NCBI GenBank assembly: GCA_038210825.1 | Contig: JBBQWG010000011.1 | Coordinates: forward strand, 29,877-93,876 | DNA: 64,000 nucleotides | Source: Verrucomicrobiales bacterium | GTDB lineage: Bacteria; Verrucomicrobiota; Verrucomicrobiia; Verrucomicrobiales; V1-33 | Direction: 5' to 3' | Shown: piece by piece, positions 63,326-64,000 of the stretch | Position numbering within the stretch: position 1 is the stretch's first letter | Layout: each line of letters opens with the position of its first letter | Position numbers and translations under genes: made by a program | The notes under the pieces: generated by a model | Told to the model about the DNA's origin: nothing | Databases searched by the model: none | Seen by the model: only the letters and a program-made list of their open reading frames with translations

Positions 63326-64000
63326 ATGTCTGACTCTTTGTCCCAGAAGCCCGAACCGGGTGCCTTGTTGATTCACCATGCCGGGGACGTGGTGCGGTTT
63401 TCCCTGCTGGCGGCAGAGGCCGGGTCCGGCCGGGCGTTTTTGCGGACCAACCTGCGGCAGGCGGTCCGGCACCGGGAGGAACTCATTGCGGCGGTAGAAC
63501 ATGGCTGTCCGCCGCCGGGTTTGGACTGGGAAGATCTGCCCATGCAGCCCGAAGGCCCTGGCGAGTGGTCTCTCACCCTGCCCCTCCTGGAGGTGGGTAG
63601 TTTTGAGGCCAAGGCCTATTTGCTCAAGGAGGATCTCAAACCCCCAGTCTGGCCGGGAGCTGGCGGCAACGTCCGGATCAAGGTCGAACCGGCCTGGACC
63701 GCCGCGCAGAATTCGATTTATGCTGCCTTCCCCCGGCTCTTCCGCGGCGCCGGCCCGGCCATTCCTGAAGAATCCCTGAAGGTGCTTGATGAAGCCGGCT
63801 ACACCGTAATTCCTCCCAGCGGGACCTTCCGGTCGGTCCTGACACGGCTGGACCACATCCTGGGCGGGATGGGGTTCCGCATCGTTCTGCTTTTGCCCCC
63901 CTTCCCGGTGCCGGCGACACATGCGCGGATGGGACGGTATGGCAGTCCTTTTGCGGCCCTCGATTTTTACAATGTGGACCCGGCTCTTGCAGAATTCGAC
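63326..64000 (+). CDS. GH13 alpha-amylase-family protein (GlgE-like), 5' part; runs off the window, so it is not in the ORF track
   Basis: Hand translation from ATG 63326 is open for 225 codons: MSDSLSQKPEPGALLIHHAGDVVRFSL...IYAAFPRLF..GTFRSVLTRLDHILGGMGFRIVLLLPPFPVPATHARMGRYGSPFAALDFYNVDPALAEFD. The FPR..GTF..MGF..LPP..P..GSPFA..D pattern matches the N-terminus/start of the catalytic barrel of GlgE-type GH13 enzymes (from memory). Confidence 0.5.
   Translation, partial: MSDSLSQKPEPGALLIHHAGDVVRFSLLAAEAGSGRAFLRTNLRQAVRHREELIAAVEHGCPPPGLDWEDLPMQPEGPGEWSLTLPLLEVGSFEAKAYLLKEDLKPPVWPGAGGNVRIKVEPAWTAAQNSIYAAFPRLFRGAGPAIPEESLKVLDEAGYTVIPPSGTFRSVLTRLDHILGGMGFRIVLLLPPFPVPATHARMGRYGSPFAALDFYNVDPALAEFD

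Overview
This is a gene-dense chromosomal segment of roughly 60-63% GC. About 40 of the ~47 genes lie on the minus strand. Gene content suggests a PVC-superphylum, Verrucomicrobiota-like organism (inference only): a Bat aerotolerance-type operon, a CxxCH heme domain fused to other modules, a GldG/DUF4340 ABC operon, and many secreted repeat proteins. I found no rRNA, tRNA, CRISPR array, transposase or integrase.

Recognisable housekeeping genes:
- Information processing: hrpA, dnaX, thrS
- Metabolism: ppsA, lctP, nadE, fabH, adk, plus a PfkB-family kinase and a Gfo/Idh/MocA oxidoreductase
- Transport and envelope: a P-type ATPase, two DASS/SLC13 permeases (one frameshifted), an ABC-2/GldG/DUF4340 operon, and an Amidase_3 cell-wall amidase
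- Regulation: an ECF sigma factor

Most unusual observations:
1. Two intergenic tandem arrays of the same heptanucleotide. One is 49 units long and never loses register. The two are inverted relative to each other, but each has the same orientation relative to the gene it precedes (thrS and a GH13 gene).
2. An unannotated 467-aa protein carries a motif triad resembling archaeo-eukaryotic primase (AEP/Prim-Pol) and is translationally coupled to a TIM-barrel protein inside an ADH-ppsA-lctP gene string.
3. A cation-transport cluster carries five USP domains (two fused to a CBS-MgtE channel) and a P-type ATPase whose stop codon overlaps the start of an adenylate kinase gene.
4. A low-GC islet holds VapBC, an overlapping HTH/HNH pair and a membrane protein with a DMP19-like C-terminus.
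5. A heme-c / PHM-like copper monooxygenase / EF-hand fusion sits next to a redoxin lacking CxxC.

Two CDSs running off the window edges (1-1271 minus, 63326-64000 plus) are absent from the ORF track; I translated them by hand. The ORF track treats GTG/TTG as starts and reports the longest ORF, so I trimmed several N-termini.
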